Shown here piece by piece: positions 52,501 to 64,000 of a stretch of 64,000 nucleotides of DNA (its first letter is position 1; every line of letters begins with the position of its first letter). The notes below the pieces were generated by a model. It saw only the letters and a list, made by a program, of their open reading frames with translations. It was not told the origin of the DNA and did no database searches. Origin of the DNA: Rhina ancylostomus (Eukaryota). The position numbers and the translations under genes were made by a program. The DNA lies in NCBI GenBank assembly GCA_030265395.1, contig JARFYF010000001.1:116623182-116687181 (forward strand), read 5' to 3'.

Positions 52501-53300
52501 NNNNNNNNNNNNNNNNNNNNNNNNNNNNNNNNNNNNNNNNNNNNNNNNNNNNNNNNNNNNNNNNNNNACTACTCCTAAGTAACTGACTTGCTGTTTCATG
52601 ATTTGAACCTTTTTAGGGTTAACTTTTAAACCCAACCTCTGTAACAGTTGCAGGAGCTCTTTCAACAATTGGTAGTGCTCCTCCTGGGTCTCTGTAACAG
52701 CAGATCATCCACATATTGAATTAGGCACTGGGGAGCTGAAAAGACTTTCAGCCTATTTGCTAACCATTGATGGAAAATGGAGGACTAGTTATGTATACTG
52801 TTGTCCTTTCCATGTGAAAGCAAATTTGTATTGACGCTCCCTTTCCAGAGGAACAGACCAAAGTCCATTACTTATGTCCAATACTGTGAACCAGTTTGCT
52901 ACAATGTTTTACTTAATCATGGTTTTGGGACTCATGGCTACAGTTATAGGAGTAGCTGTATTCTGTTCCTGACGTTCTGTGTTGAGAGTCTCCAACTTCC
53001 ATCAGGTTTCCAGACTGGACATATTGGTGAATTATTCTTAGATACTATTTTTTGCAGAATTCCCTGTGCTAACAAGCTCTGAACAATTTCTGCGTCTGCC
53101 TGTTTTGGAAATCCATATTGCCTCTGGGATTTTGGATCAGAACCCTGCAGCTACACCTCTCCTTGCATCCTGCCACAGTTATGTTTATGCTTAGTAAATA
53201 CTGCCTGGCAATCCAAAATAATTTGTCTGGCCCATGAGTCCTCTGTCATGTTCTCTGCCTTCACCCACATCTCTCCAACCGTACATATCCTCTCCTCAAT
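49560..53300 (-). mobile_element. Decayed pol of an endogenous retrovirus-like / LTR retroelement (RT - tether RNase H - RNase HI - integrase), 5'-truncated, antisense in host intron
   Basis: Manual minus-strand translation across frameshifts. RT: QRQYGFP, NSPICPVWKPDGSWRL, LDISNGLWSVPL, YKFAFTW, CLIQYVDDLL, GLKVNPKK, LRSFLGLVGYCR. Tether: ISAVLLQ, AVFWAVNHF. RNase HI: VDGS, AQELAAI, HSDSMYV, VKGH, GNRKADELAK. IN: YHDIYGHQG...CTNCLIC, PWINLQIDFVGP, DQGSHF, IVEQMNRTLK, FVGPC, WYHINQLK. No gag or LTR recognised. Confidence 0.9.
51393..51674 (+). mobile_element. Penelope terminal-repeat insertion nested in the retroviral pol, between the two RNase H domains
   Basis: cagtcctgaaga...aaaacgttgacc...gatgctgcc...gagttcctccagc unit; ttaagat present at both junctions; partly in N gap. 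Confidence 0.75.
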
Positions 53301-53499
53301 TAGTAGTTAGCTGGACAACAAAAGAATGACAGAGCCTTGAATGTGTTATGTTGCTCAAGTCATCACACTTGAAAGAGTTCCCTTTATTAATTGTGAGAAC
53401 AGTTATACTGCACCTGAACTAAGTCAGGAAACTAGAAAGATCCAGGTTTGATCCTGTGCTCACTAAGTTGATTATAGCTGGGATTTCAGTGGGGTACTA

Positions 53500-53820
53500 T
53501 GTTTCAGCCTATCTAGAGATTTGAACTCATAATCTGGATTGATACTACAGTGCATTACTGAGAGAATATTGCACAATGCAATGTGCTGCTGCTTCAGTGA
53601 GGCATTAAGACTCTGTTCTGGCTCCTCAAGTGCTTGTGAAAGTTCCAGTACAGCTACTGTAAAGAATGTGGGCATTCTCCCAATGACTCGGCTAGCATTT
53701 GTCCCTCAAAACAACCTCTCTGTAATAGATAACTGATCACTTGCCATTTTATGGGATTTTGTACGTATAACAGTGACCACCTTAAAAGAGTGATTTGCGG
53801 TGTACTGAGAAAGCAAAAAA
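53500..53820 (+). mobile_element. Highly decayed Deu-domain SINE
   Basis: ttctcccaatgactcggctagcatttgtccctcaa...agataactgatca resembles the Deu core. Confidence 0.45.
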
Positions 53821-53931
53821 AAAGCCAAATGCAAAGTATATCTCTCTGACAGCTTCCAATAAATAGTAAATTAATGTGCAATCAAGTTGTCTAATTCTTA
53901 GAAAAGTGAGTAATGTGATTTGCTATTTCAG

Positions 53932-54098
53932 TCCTTTGTCAGATAGAACTTCTTTGAAAACAGGCATGCAATCAGAATCGATTGACAGAGATGCAGATGT
54001 ACGGATAGACTTGGAAAACAGTTTACAAATTGAGGCTTATGAGAGGCGAATCCACAGGCTTGAACAAGAAAAACTGGAACTAACTAGGAAACTGCAAG
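53932..54098 (+). CDS. CDC42BPB: MRCK beta exon (probable exon 10): [14 protein letters not shown]...[22 protein letters not shown]
   Basis: tttcag|T ... G|gtaact; 167 nt; start of coiled coil. Confidence 0.93.
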
Positions 54099-54437
54099 GT
54101 AACTTTGAAATTTAAATGATACTTAAAAACATGAAAGCTCATAGCAAACCAATCTGTAACGAAAAATAAATGTTTTGAGTATGTATGCATTGTCAGAACT
54201 GAAACTTAATAACAAGCTTCAAACAGAAAGCAGAAAGATTAGATTTCAGTTCAAAAGGAGAGTGCTTGTCCTAGAAGTTTTTTTGTTAATTGACATTGTT
54301 TATTTACAGCATTTCATATTTAATGCAGATTTCCAGTATTTATTTTTTTTTCTTAAACTTCATGATGAGATTGCTGTTGATTTGCTGTATTCACTCTTTT
54401 TAATTGCTGATTAAATTTCATATTCTTGGACTCTTAG

Positions 54438-54557
54438 AATCTGCACAAGCGACACAGTCACTTAATAGTTCAACACGTGGAATGGGAACCATCAGCAGAG
54501 ATAAAGAAATTAAGAAGTTAAATGAGGAAATGGAAAAATTGAGAAAGCAGTTAGCAG
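54438..54557 (+). CDS. CDC42BPB: MRCK beta exon (probable exon 11): SAQATQSLNSSTRGMGTISRDKEIKKLNEEMEKLRKQLA
   Basis: cttag|AA ... G|gtacat; 120 nt. Confidence 0.92.
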
Positions 54558-56599
54558 GTACATTTTTATATGTTGATATTTCACATTCTGAAATTCATAC
54601 CATAGCTTGTTGGTAGATTTATTTATTCCTCCACTTCAAGAGCAGTTTAGAGGATAGTAACCCTGCAGCGAGTACCTCTCCTTCTAACTCCCCAAAGCCT
54701 GTCCACCATCTACAAGGCTCGTCAGGAGTGTGATGGAATACTTTCAACTTGCCTGGATAAGTGCAGCTTCAACAACTTAAGAAGCTCAACATACAGGATG
54801 TAGCAGCCTGCTTGATAGGCACCCTATCCATAACCATTCACTCACTCCATCACCAACCAACACACAGTAGCAGAGGTTTGTACCATCTCCAGGGTACAAC
54901 TCACGAGAACTCCTTAAGCAGCAGCTTCCAAACTCGCAACCTCTATCAACCATAAGGGCAAGGGCAGCAAAGCATGGGAAATACTACCACCGGGAGGTTG
55001 CCCTCCAAGCCACACACCACCCTGACTCAGAAATATTTTGCTGTTCCTTCACCATTGCTGGGTCAAAATCCTTGAACTCTTTTTCTAACAGCTCTCCCTA
55101 ATACCTCAAGGACTGTAGTGGTTCAAGAAAGTAGCTCACCACCACCTTCTAAAGGGCAACTAGGGATGGGTAATTAAATGTTGGTTCAGCCTGCAAAGCC
55201 CACATCGCTTGAATGAATATTTAAAAAAAAGGTAAAAGCACACAACAGATTAATCTTTTCTCTTTAAATCAATATATTCTGTATTAATTTGAGATCATCC
55301 TGAAAATTGGTTTTGTCATTGATTCTCAATGTGATTTTTCACCACAGCTGTTCAGTTGCCTTGTCCATGTTACATTCCTCCCAAACTTTGCTCTTAACCA
55401 CACTGATAAATCATCCACCATTGTCTTAATCCTCTCAAAGCCTTCAGTAAGGTACTGTGCACTTCTTAATAAGTTGGTGAAATCTTACCTTTCACCTTGG
55501 GTTGCCAGTTCTGGTTGGACACTCTTGATTTCAGTTAGTATGCCTAGCTAGCTGGGCAATGGTTTTTTGGTCACTTTAAATGTCTTTTCATTCAAAGAAA
55601 GTTTTTAAAAAAAAAACTTAATTTTAATGGCCTTACGATTTTTTCCCACTGATACTCACACAGTCCCTAAGTGATTCATCATTAATTCCCGGATACTGCC
55701 AACAGAATTCCCATCAGAGTCATGTCCATTATCATTGGTTTTGCTCTTATCTGTGCTATTGTTAATGGCTCATGCTGTGACTCATTTTGCATTAATTCTT
55801 AGTTTCCTATTTATTTGACTATCCCATTTTGATGACTCCGAGTTATCTGTCAATCTTATTAAATCTTGCATTGGCCATTCTGATTTACCATTATCAACCA
55901 ACTTCAGTATAGTTGGTTTTATATGTAATCCTATCATTAGCCCAGTAATTGAGTGATTGTATTTTGATCATCTCCAAGCTTATAATGGGGCAACTAACAT
56001 TTTTTTGGCTTTGGTGATGCTTTGTATTTTCTCTTATTAAATTCATCAAAATATTTATTGAAGTGAGTAGATTTCAAATATATGATCATCATTCCCTTCA
56101 TGAGCTTCAGGTCATGATTCACTCCTGGGCCTGTTACCAAACTAGTGCATTTCCAATCTTTCAAATGCCATCAACTCTAATCTACATTATATTTCATTTA
56201 GAAAAATGACTCTGATTAGATTAGTTGTGATCAGGAAGACTGAGTTTTAGAATTATACTTTACAATGTGAAGTCATTTGGCTCATTGGTCTGCACTGGCT
56301 CTTTGATAGTGCTGTCCAAATAGCTCCACCCTCTATCCCCACACACCTTAAAAAATCGTCCTTTTCAAGTATGCATCCAGTTCCCTTTTGAAAGGCACAA
56401 TTTCAGGTAGTACTTTTAAATCAGAACAATTCATTACATAAGAATTTTAATTTCTTACTAGTTTTTGGGCAATTATATTCAGCCAAAGGACAAAGGAAAC
56501 TTTTATTTCTTTTGTGCTCTATTTCTAAATTGCTGTTTAGGAACAGGGAACCATTCGGAATTAGAGACTAATTTCCAGGTTTGGAACTGTTTAAGTGAT

Positions 56600-57260
56600 G
56601 AGAGTTAACATTTCAGGTCAAAGACCCTGTGTCAGAACTGGGAAGGAGAGAAAAGGAGCTCATTAAGCTGCAGTCATGGTGGGGAAGGGATGACATCTCT
56701 GATACAATAAAACCAGGGTGAGATCTCTGATGGGGTAAAACGGGGTGACCATGGAGATGAGCTGTAATTAAGTGAAATGGAACAGTAAGAGGGTGAGAAT
56801 ATAAATAGATGACTGACACAGACAATTTCAGCTAATTTGATTTCTTTCTCTCTGTGTCAGTCATCCATCTGTGATGGTGGCTCAGATTATTTTCTCTCTC
56901 TCGAATTGGAAGGATGTGCCCATCCTGACCTGCTGGGCGTGTCCTCTTCTACATTTTGCAACTCCTATGTTTTTGTCTCATATTCTTATATCTCTGTTCC
57001 CTCTCTCTAACTGCTCCCATTCACCCATTGACCAGATAACCTCGTTTACAGCTTATCCCCATAGTCACTCCACTTTTGCCCCATTAGAGACCCCACCCTA
57101 ACCTGCCCTAGCTTCATTTCTCCTTCCCAGTTGTGCTGAAGGGTCTTTGACCTGAAACATTAACTCTGTTTCACTTCCCACAGATGTAGCCTGATCTGCT
57201 GAGTATTTTCAGTAATTTCTGTTTTTACTTTAGATTTCCAGCTCTTGCAGTTTTTTTATT
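56600..57260. mobile_element. Inverted pair of Penelope terminal repeats
   Basis: gagttaacatttcaggtcaaagaccct (56602-) is the near reverse complement of agggtctttgacctgaaacattaactc (57140-). Confidence 0.7.
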
Positions 57261-57479
57261 TTAATTTAACTAATGCGATTAATTTAAATATCCAATATGG
57301 TTGACAAATTTTATCCAACATGTTGAGAGTTAAGTTCATTATGGTTAAAGACTACTCAGACTCATTTGAGGCATAAATGAAAGATAACTGCTTACTTGAA
57401 ANNNNNNNNNNAATTGATTATTATTTTAGCCATATCTTAGCCTCGTGAGTAATTGGCAAATCAGGTTTTAGCTGACAAG

Positions 57480-57684
57480 AAACTCATACAAAATGCTGGA
57501 GGAACTCAGCAGGTCAGGCAGCATCCATGGAGGGAAATAAACAGTCAACGTTTTGGGTTGAGACCCTTCATCAGGACTGGAAATGAAAGGGCAGAAGCCA
57601 GAATAAAAAGGGAGGGGGAGGAGCACAAGCTGGCAGGTGATAGGTGAGTCCAGGTGAGAGGGGGAAGATTGGTGGGTGGTAGAG
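57480..57684 (-). mobile_element. Young Penelope terminal repeat running into a ~600-N gap
   Basis: aaatgctggaggaactcagcaggtcaggcagcatc...gacccttcatcaggactgg. Confidence 0.75.
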
Positions 57685-58497
57685 NNNNNNNNNNNNNNNN
57701 NNNNNNNNNNNNNNNNNNNNNNNNNNNNNNNNNNNNNNNNNNNNNNNNNNNNNNNNNNNNNNNNNNNNNNNNNNNNNNNNNNNNNNNNNNNNNNNNNNNN
57801 NNNNNNNNNNNNNNNNNNNNNNNNNNNNNNNNNNNNNNNNNNNNNNNNNNNNNNNNNNNNNNNNNNNNNNNNNNNNNNNNNNNNNNNNNNNNNNNNNNNN
57901 NNNNNNNNNNNNNNNNNNNNNNNNNNNNNNNNNNNNNNNNNNNNNNNNNNNNNNNNNNNNNNNNNNNNNNNNNNNNNNNNNNNNNNNNNNNNNNNNNNNN
58001 NNNNNNNNNNNNNNNNNNNNNNNNNNNNNNNNNNNNNNNNNNNNNNNNNNNNNNNNNNNNNNNNNNNNNNNNNNNNNNNNNNNNNNNNNNNNNNNNNNNN
58101 NNNNNNNNNNNNNNNNNNNNNNNNNNNNNNNNNNNNNNNNNNNNNNNNNNNNNNNNNNNNNNNNNNNNNNNNNNNNNNNNNNNNNNNNNNNNNNNNNNNN
58201 NNNNNNNNNNNNNNNNNNNNNNNNNNNNNNNNNNNNNNNNNNNNNNNNNNNNNNNNNNNNNNNNNNNNNNNNNNNNNNNNNNNNNNNNTTGGATTATGTA
58301 AAAATTGTTCTTTTTGAGGAAAATATGCAGCCTTATATTTTTAAATTAAGTTTGTGTATACTTTGGAGTTCATTTTGCAGCTATTGCTACTGCTGTCAAT
58401 TAAGGTTTCAGAGGGAAGTCCCTCTAGTTCTTGGTGCATTATGGCAATTGAAAACATTGAGCCATCAATTCCTTTTGAGCATGTTTCATCTGTGTTT

Positions 58498-58541
58498 CTT
58501 GTTCCTTAGCTCAATTACCCTTGTTCCTTAGCTCATTACCC
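58498..58541. repeat. ~21-nt tandem duplication
   Basis: cttgttccttagctca(a)ttaccc x2. Confidence 0.85.
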
Positions 58542-59220
58542 ACCAAGATAATGAACTTTATGCTTTGCTCAATGAGTTACCAAATATTATTTGACGTTTG
58601 ATCAGGTTATTCCTAAGAAATGTTTATTTAGAAATGTTTAAAGATTCCAGTGCTGAAATAGATTTTACGACTTCCACTTATTAAACTCAGTTTCTACAGA
58701 TGCCTTCAGAGCTGTGGCATGCCTTTTTGCTGGCATTAAACTTTTGTGTAAACCTGAGTATTATTTGTTAAACAGTTTCTAATAGTAACTTCACAATAGT
58801 GTTTTGATAGGTTGAGGAATTTATCCAGTGAGCTGGCTGATCAGGGGTGATTACATTAAATGAAAATTGGTTCCATTTGTGTGAAAGCCACTTTGAGGGC
58901 ATATTTTAGAGCTGGTTTGGATTCTCAACTGGAAAATGATTGTGTGAACTCACTTTTTATGCTGATCACTGCTGTCTTAATTTGTAATTATGTGAAAACA
59001 AAATGTGACAAAGTTGGATTGTATTTACTCTTGAACTTGATATATTTTTAATTTACCAGTATTCTGAATGCAAAGTAAGTAAACTAATGTAATCATTAAC
59101 AAAACTGCACCTGTTATTGATTATATTTACTTTGTATTTCATCATATTGCTTTGGAATTCAAGCTTTATAAATTTAGAACACAATAAAACGTAATTGATC
59201 TTATAATCATTTCTATTTAG

Positions 59221-59354
59221 AATCTGATCGGTTAGAACATCAGCTTGGAAATGCGGTGTCTCTCCGTCAAGACTTTGAAGAATCTACAAACAAAGTAAAA
59301 GCACTTGAAAAGCAGATTAAAGCACTTAAGCAAGAAAAAGAAGAAAATCACAAG
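59221..59354 (+). CDS. CDC42BPB: MRCK beta exon (probable exon 12): SDRLEHQLGNAVSLRQDFEESTNKVKALEKQIKALKQEKEENHK
   Basis: tttag|AA ... AAG|gtaccc; 134 nt; phase matches neighbours; absent from ORF track. Confidence 0.9.
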
Positions 59355-61437
59355 GTACCCAAGTTAGATTATTTTGGCCATCTTCTTATAAAGGCCTTGA
59401 TAGGTAATGAATAAAAGACAGCATGATTGTAAACTCAACCATATTTAATTCATTCTTTGGGATTTGAAATCACTTGCTCCTGAAATCAACAACGTTGTTA
59501 CATAATCTGAAGTGTTACCATGTTCTTATGCTATCCTAATATAAACAATGCAACTCTTTTAAATGTTATGTAAATATAAATTGCCTGAAGTATGCAGGAG
59601 GTCACTCAGCATCTTTTATTTGTGTTGACAATGCTAAATTTTGTGCTTACTAACTTGGTAACACCAAGTTACCAAATGCAACACCAAAAAACGTGAGCAT
59701 TTAGATTGAAAATCCTGAAGCTACCATCAGTGACTCCCATTCTTCCATAGGGAATTACCTTTGGATCAGCAAAGTTAATTTTGGAGAATAGGAAAGAAGC
59801 AATAGTGGCAGTGCCATTCTGCGTCAGAATATCAGTGACTAAATAGGGTCAGAATTTGAAACTGATGGCAGAATGATAGTTGTTGTCAACTCCAAATCCT
59901 TGACACAAAAATCTAGTGATATTCCCATTTTTGACATGTTACCGTCAGCTACAGCTCAAGAGGATTTCTAGCTTCCAGCAGCTATGAAGTCATCAAGTAC
60001 ACTATATATTGCAGGAATTGAGACATTGAGCAATTTTGGCTTTAACTAGTTAATATTTGATGGGTGTTTGAGGACAGGTGAGGAAGTCATTTTAGGCTGA
60101 AAACATTTACTTTTCCATTTTCTCTTCTCTATCCACCTCGCACCAAATCCCACCATTTTGCACCACAATCATACCCACAACTACTCAAACAACATTTGGG
60201 GGACAGTGCTCAAACCTTTTAATCAGTGTGTTATATACTACATGCTTATATATAGCAAAAGAAATTTGAATATTTGTTTATTATTATGTTGGGCCACAAA
60301 TTGTTGCAGGAGTGAATTTAATGGCTTTAATATTCTGGATGTTCAGATTTTAGAATTTGATGGGTTGCTGAAAGTGCAAGCTGAAAATCCTTCAGCATAG
60401 TAAAAGGGCATCTGGGATTGAAGTGAATGGATCAAGCAACTATATTCCTCCTTAATCAAACAAATTGAACATTGAAAATAACAACAGAAGGAATGAGAAG
60501 GAAATGAAAGTTAGAATGGCTATATCGATGCAAAATCAAATGCAGAAGAGGGCAATAAAGATCAGATTGAGAGAAGAAGTAAGAAGAGATCAATAGTAAA
60601 AGTATCAGAACACTTTTAAAACCTTGAATTAAAAAAATCAGCAACAAAAAACTGAAAAAAAAAAGGAACTGCAGCCTTGCAGTAGTTAATTTCCAGTGCC
60701 ATTGAACTTGTAGGCAGTATTCAACTTTATCTTGTGAGTGTGGCTATATCTATTTCTTAGGTACAGCAACTTCAACATTGGTCAAGCCAATGATATGTCA
60801 TTTTTGTAAATCTAACAGTGGAACACAGCAAGTCTGACTGCAATGTTTTGATTATTCAGTTTACCTGCGTGCATGGATCTCACCTGAAGTAAATTGTGGT
60901 CCAGTGATTTTAAAATTTCTATGACATACAATTTTAGTACTATGAAAGTTCCTTGTATACAGTGCAAAACATAAATTCCACATTCTAATGCCACTATTTT
61001 AAAAAAAAATTTCTTTAGATAAATTTGAGTTACTGTTAGCTCACCTCCTGAACCTTGTGTCATTAAGTTTTAGATCTGTAATTTCTAAAAGCTTTAAAAA
61101 CTGCGGGTGTAATATCATCTCAATTTAATAGTTTCACACCATTAGTGTCGCATACAGATTCATCTTTCTGTCAAGCTGGGTTTTCAAAGAGCCTCGTAAA
61201 TCTTTGAACTTAAAGTGTTATGAAGGGTGTATTGCTTTTGCCTGGTATAAGGAGTTAATTGCCCTGTATCTGATGTGTGCTTTGACATTAGACTTAATGT
61301 AGCCTACAGTTTTATTTGGCTGTTAGCTTAGCTTGGTGTCTGTGTGATAATGGCATTTTAAGTTGTAGTAAATTATTAACATTATACAAGCTCGTGTTTT
61401 TTTAATGAAATGTCTGTACAATCTATAATTTTAATAG

Positions 61438-61680
61438 CAACTTGTTGAAACCCTTGAAAGACAAAAATCCCAAACTAAGGAATTAAAGGATGCACATCAG
61501 CAGAGGAAGATTGCAATGCAAGAGTTCTCTGAACTCAATGAAAGGATGGCTGAGTTGCGCTCTCAGAAACAGAAGTTGTCCCGCCACCTCCGTGACAAAG
61601 AAGAAGAGTTAGAAATAGCTATGCAGAAGATTGACACGATGCGTCAAGACATCCGAAAAGCAGAAAGGATAAGAAAGGAG
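61438..61680 (+). CDS. CDC42BPB: MRCK beta exon (probable exon 13): [57 protein letters not shown]...RIRKE
   Basis: aatag|CAA ... GAG|gtaaat; 243 nt. Confidence 0.94.
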
Positions 61681-61925
61681 GTAAATAATTATCAAATAAT
61701 TAACCAGGAGAATATAATCTTGACCCCAGTTTGGGGGCAGAAACTGGATACAGCATAGCAAGTAATAATTTCATGAATTAATTTGCCATATATTTCTCAC
61801 TGCAAGTTCCTCTGTGTTCTTTTCCATTGTGCTTCTTTTTAGTGACCTCATTGTATCTGTATTGCTCCATTCTGATTTATATATTTCCTTTTTAATTCAA
61901 TATGCCAGATGAAGTTCCACTTACT

Positions 61926-62160
61926 GGAAATGGATAGTTGATGTTTTGGGTTGAGACCCTTCCTCAGGACTGGAAAGTAAGTGGGCAGATACCAAGTTCT
62001 TGCCTCACGCCCTTTGCCCCACCCTTTTATACTGGCCATCTGCCCTCTTTCTTTCCAGTCCTGATATTTTGGGTTGAGACCCTTCCTCAACTATCCATTT
62101 CCCTCCATAGATGCTGCTTGACCTGCTGAGCTCCTCCAGCATTTTGTGTGTCGCTCTAGC
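61926..62160. mobile_element. Inverted Penelope repeat pair with internal micro-inversion
   Basis: Arms 61926-61977 and 62051-62102 are reverse complements except for a 22-nt block in direct orientation. Confidence 0.75.
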
Positions 62161-62544
62161 TTCTCTAATCTAATCTTGCAATGGAACCATTTTAGAAAAT
62201 CTTGTGAGCATCCTGACAAGGACCTTGTTATCCTTGACCAGAGCAAGCATAACTTCTATGATTCTCCACTTATGTAACTTGAGATCCATGTTTTACAAAC
62301 TACACTTAATATGCCCTTCAAAGATCTGTGCACCTGACCTCCCAGCTCCCTGTGTTCCTCTTTAAAACTATGCCATTAAATCTATATTGCCTGTCCCCAA
62401 ATCTTCTCAGTGTTAAATTTCATTATTCCACTTTGGAATTTGTCTGTCCATTCTGCTAGCTTTTCTTACCCAGTTGCAGCTAATTGGTATTATCCTGTTT
62501 GACAATCTTGCAAGTTTGATATAATTGGCAAATTTTAGACTTTT

Positions 62545-63340
62545 AATCCAATCTTCAGGTCATAGGTGGGAGAAAAAAATCACCCATTGCCTTAGCCTCC
62601 ACAGCCGTCCTTGTCAATGAATTCCACAGATTCACTATCCTCTCATTGAAGACATTCCTCCTCATCTCAGTTTTAAAGGGACGTCCCTTCATTCTGAGGG
62701 TATGCCCCTGAATCCTAGACTCTTCTACTAATGGAAACATCCGTTCCATGTCCACCCTATCCAAGCCTTTCTGTATTTAGTAGGTTTCAATGATATTGCC
62801 TCTCATCCTTCTGAATTCCATCAAGTACAGGCCCAGAGCCATCGAACGCTCCATATACATTAAGCCTAGGATCTTTCTTCTGAGCATTCTCTGGATCCAC
62901 TCCAGGGCCAGCACATCTTCCCTTGGATATTGGATTCAAAATTGCTCACAGTATTCCAAATGCGGTCTGACCAATGCCTCATAAAGCCTCTGCAGGACAT
63001 CCTTTTATATACTAGTCCTCTCAAAATGAATGCTAACATTGCACTTGCCTTCCTTACTACTGGCTCAGCTTGCACCTGAATCCTGAACTAGAGTTCCCAA
63101 GTCCCTTTGTACCTCCGATTTCTGAATTCTCTCCCCACACCTTTATTCTTCCTACCAAAGTGCATAACCCCTTACTTCCCTACACTGTATTTCATCTGCC
63201 ACTTCTTTACCCGCTCTCCCAACCTGTCCAAGTCCTCCTGCAGATTCCCTGCCTCTGCAACACTACCTGTGTCTCCACCTGTCTTGGTATTGTCTGCAGA
63301 CTTGGCCACAATGCCATCAGTTCCTTTATCCAGATCACCC
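62545..63340 (-). mobile_element. Relatively young CR1 3' fragment
   Basis: Minus ORFs VVRKASAMLAFILRG and ERMFPLVEESRIQGHTLRMKGRPFKTEMRRNVF..RIVNLWNSL. Confidence 0.9.
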
Positions 63341-63769
63341 ATCTTTCATTAAACTTTTATTCTGCTTTACCTGGCTGCATCCCTTCTCATCTCAAAGAGG
63401 TAGGCCCATCTCCACTTCAGAAGTTCTGTTTTAGATTGTTTCTTGCCCCTGTCCATCACTAATCTAATGATGCAGGGATAAATGTTATTCAAGGGATCTC
63501 CCATAAAATCATATCTTGTGTGGTTCACAGCCCACCTTATTCCTCCAGAATCAAATCCAGCAATGCCTCATTCCTAGCTGTGCTGGCAATGTTCTGCTCA
63601 AGGAGGTTTTCCTGAAAACATTTCAGATGTTTTTATTCCATTATTATCTCAATTAATATTTGGATAATTGAAGATCTCAATATCACTACTTGCACATCTC
63701 TGTAAATTACCTGGAGATTTGCTATTGTCTTCTCACCAATCAGAAATCTGTTGAATGCTTGTGATCATG

Positions 63770-64000
63770 AAAGCATCGGGGTTATCAAGAAAGCACATCA
63801 ATGTATGTACTTTTTCAGGCATCTGAGAAAATTTGGCTTGTGCACGAGGATTCTCTTGACCTTCTCACTATAGAAAGTATCCTGATGGGCTGCTTTTCAG
63901 CCTGGTATGGTAACTGCTCTGCTCTGGACCATCAGGACCTGCACAGTGTGGTAAACACTGCCCTGTCCTTCACAGGCTTATCACATCCTTTCATCCTGTC
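63770..64000 (+). mobile_element. Rex1/Babar-clade LINE RT C-terminal fragment (runs off window)
   Basis: IKKAHQCMYFFRHLRKFGL...TIESILMGCFSAWYGNCSALD motif typical of the Rex1/Babar clade. Confidence 0.75.

Noticed and set aside
49560-53300. Classification as an ordinary Ty3/Gypsy element or as a functional provirus
   Set aside because: A second full RNase HI argues against plain Gypsy; many stops, frameshifts, a deleted LPQG region and missing gag/LTR rule out function
47110-53400. Paired LTRs, PBS or PPT around the retroviral element
   Set aside because: No direct terminal repeats or tRNA-complementary PBS could be recognised by eye
57654-58317. 213-215 aa ORFs in the track
   Set aside because: Almost entirely N-gap read-through

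Overview
Eukaryotic (vertebrate) genomic DNA, AT-rich and repeat-dense, with several N gaps typical of a short/linked-read scaffold. The repeat content (CR1 LINEs, HE1-like V-SINEs, Deu-domain SINEs, Penelope-derived repeats, Rex1/Babar) points to a cartilaginous fish (shark/ray); this is an inference. The whole window lies inside one + strand gene, CDC42BPB (MRCK beta kinase). Twelve GT-AG coding exons (probable exons 2-13, 6669-61680, 1709 nt) splice into an uninterrupted frame covering the kinase domain, AGC C-tail and start of the coiled coil. Most short ORFs in the supplied track are decayed transposon fragments or noise. The most notable object is an antisense, decayed retrovirus-like element in the intron after exon 9 (about 47.1-53.3 kb). 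It has a YVDD RT, a Gypsy-like tether/RNase H followed by a second complete RNase HI, an HHCC/DDE/GPY-F integrase, then a small open ORF behind a splice acceptor and a signal-peptide/furin-site env-like remnant. That layout fits a lokiretrovirus-like or other deep-branching retroviral lineage better than an ordinary Gypsy element. Also notable: about nine Penelope terminal-repeat copies carrying a recognisable minimal hammerhead-ribozyme motif, and a template-switch micro-inversion inside one of them. All family assignments come from reading motifs by eye; no database searches were run and repeat boundaries are approximate.
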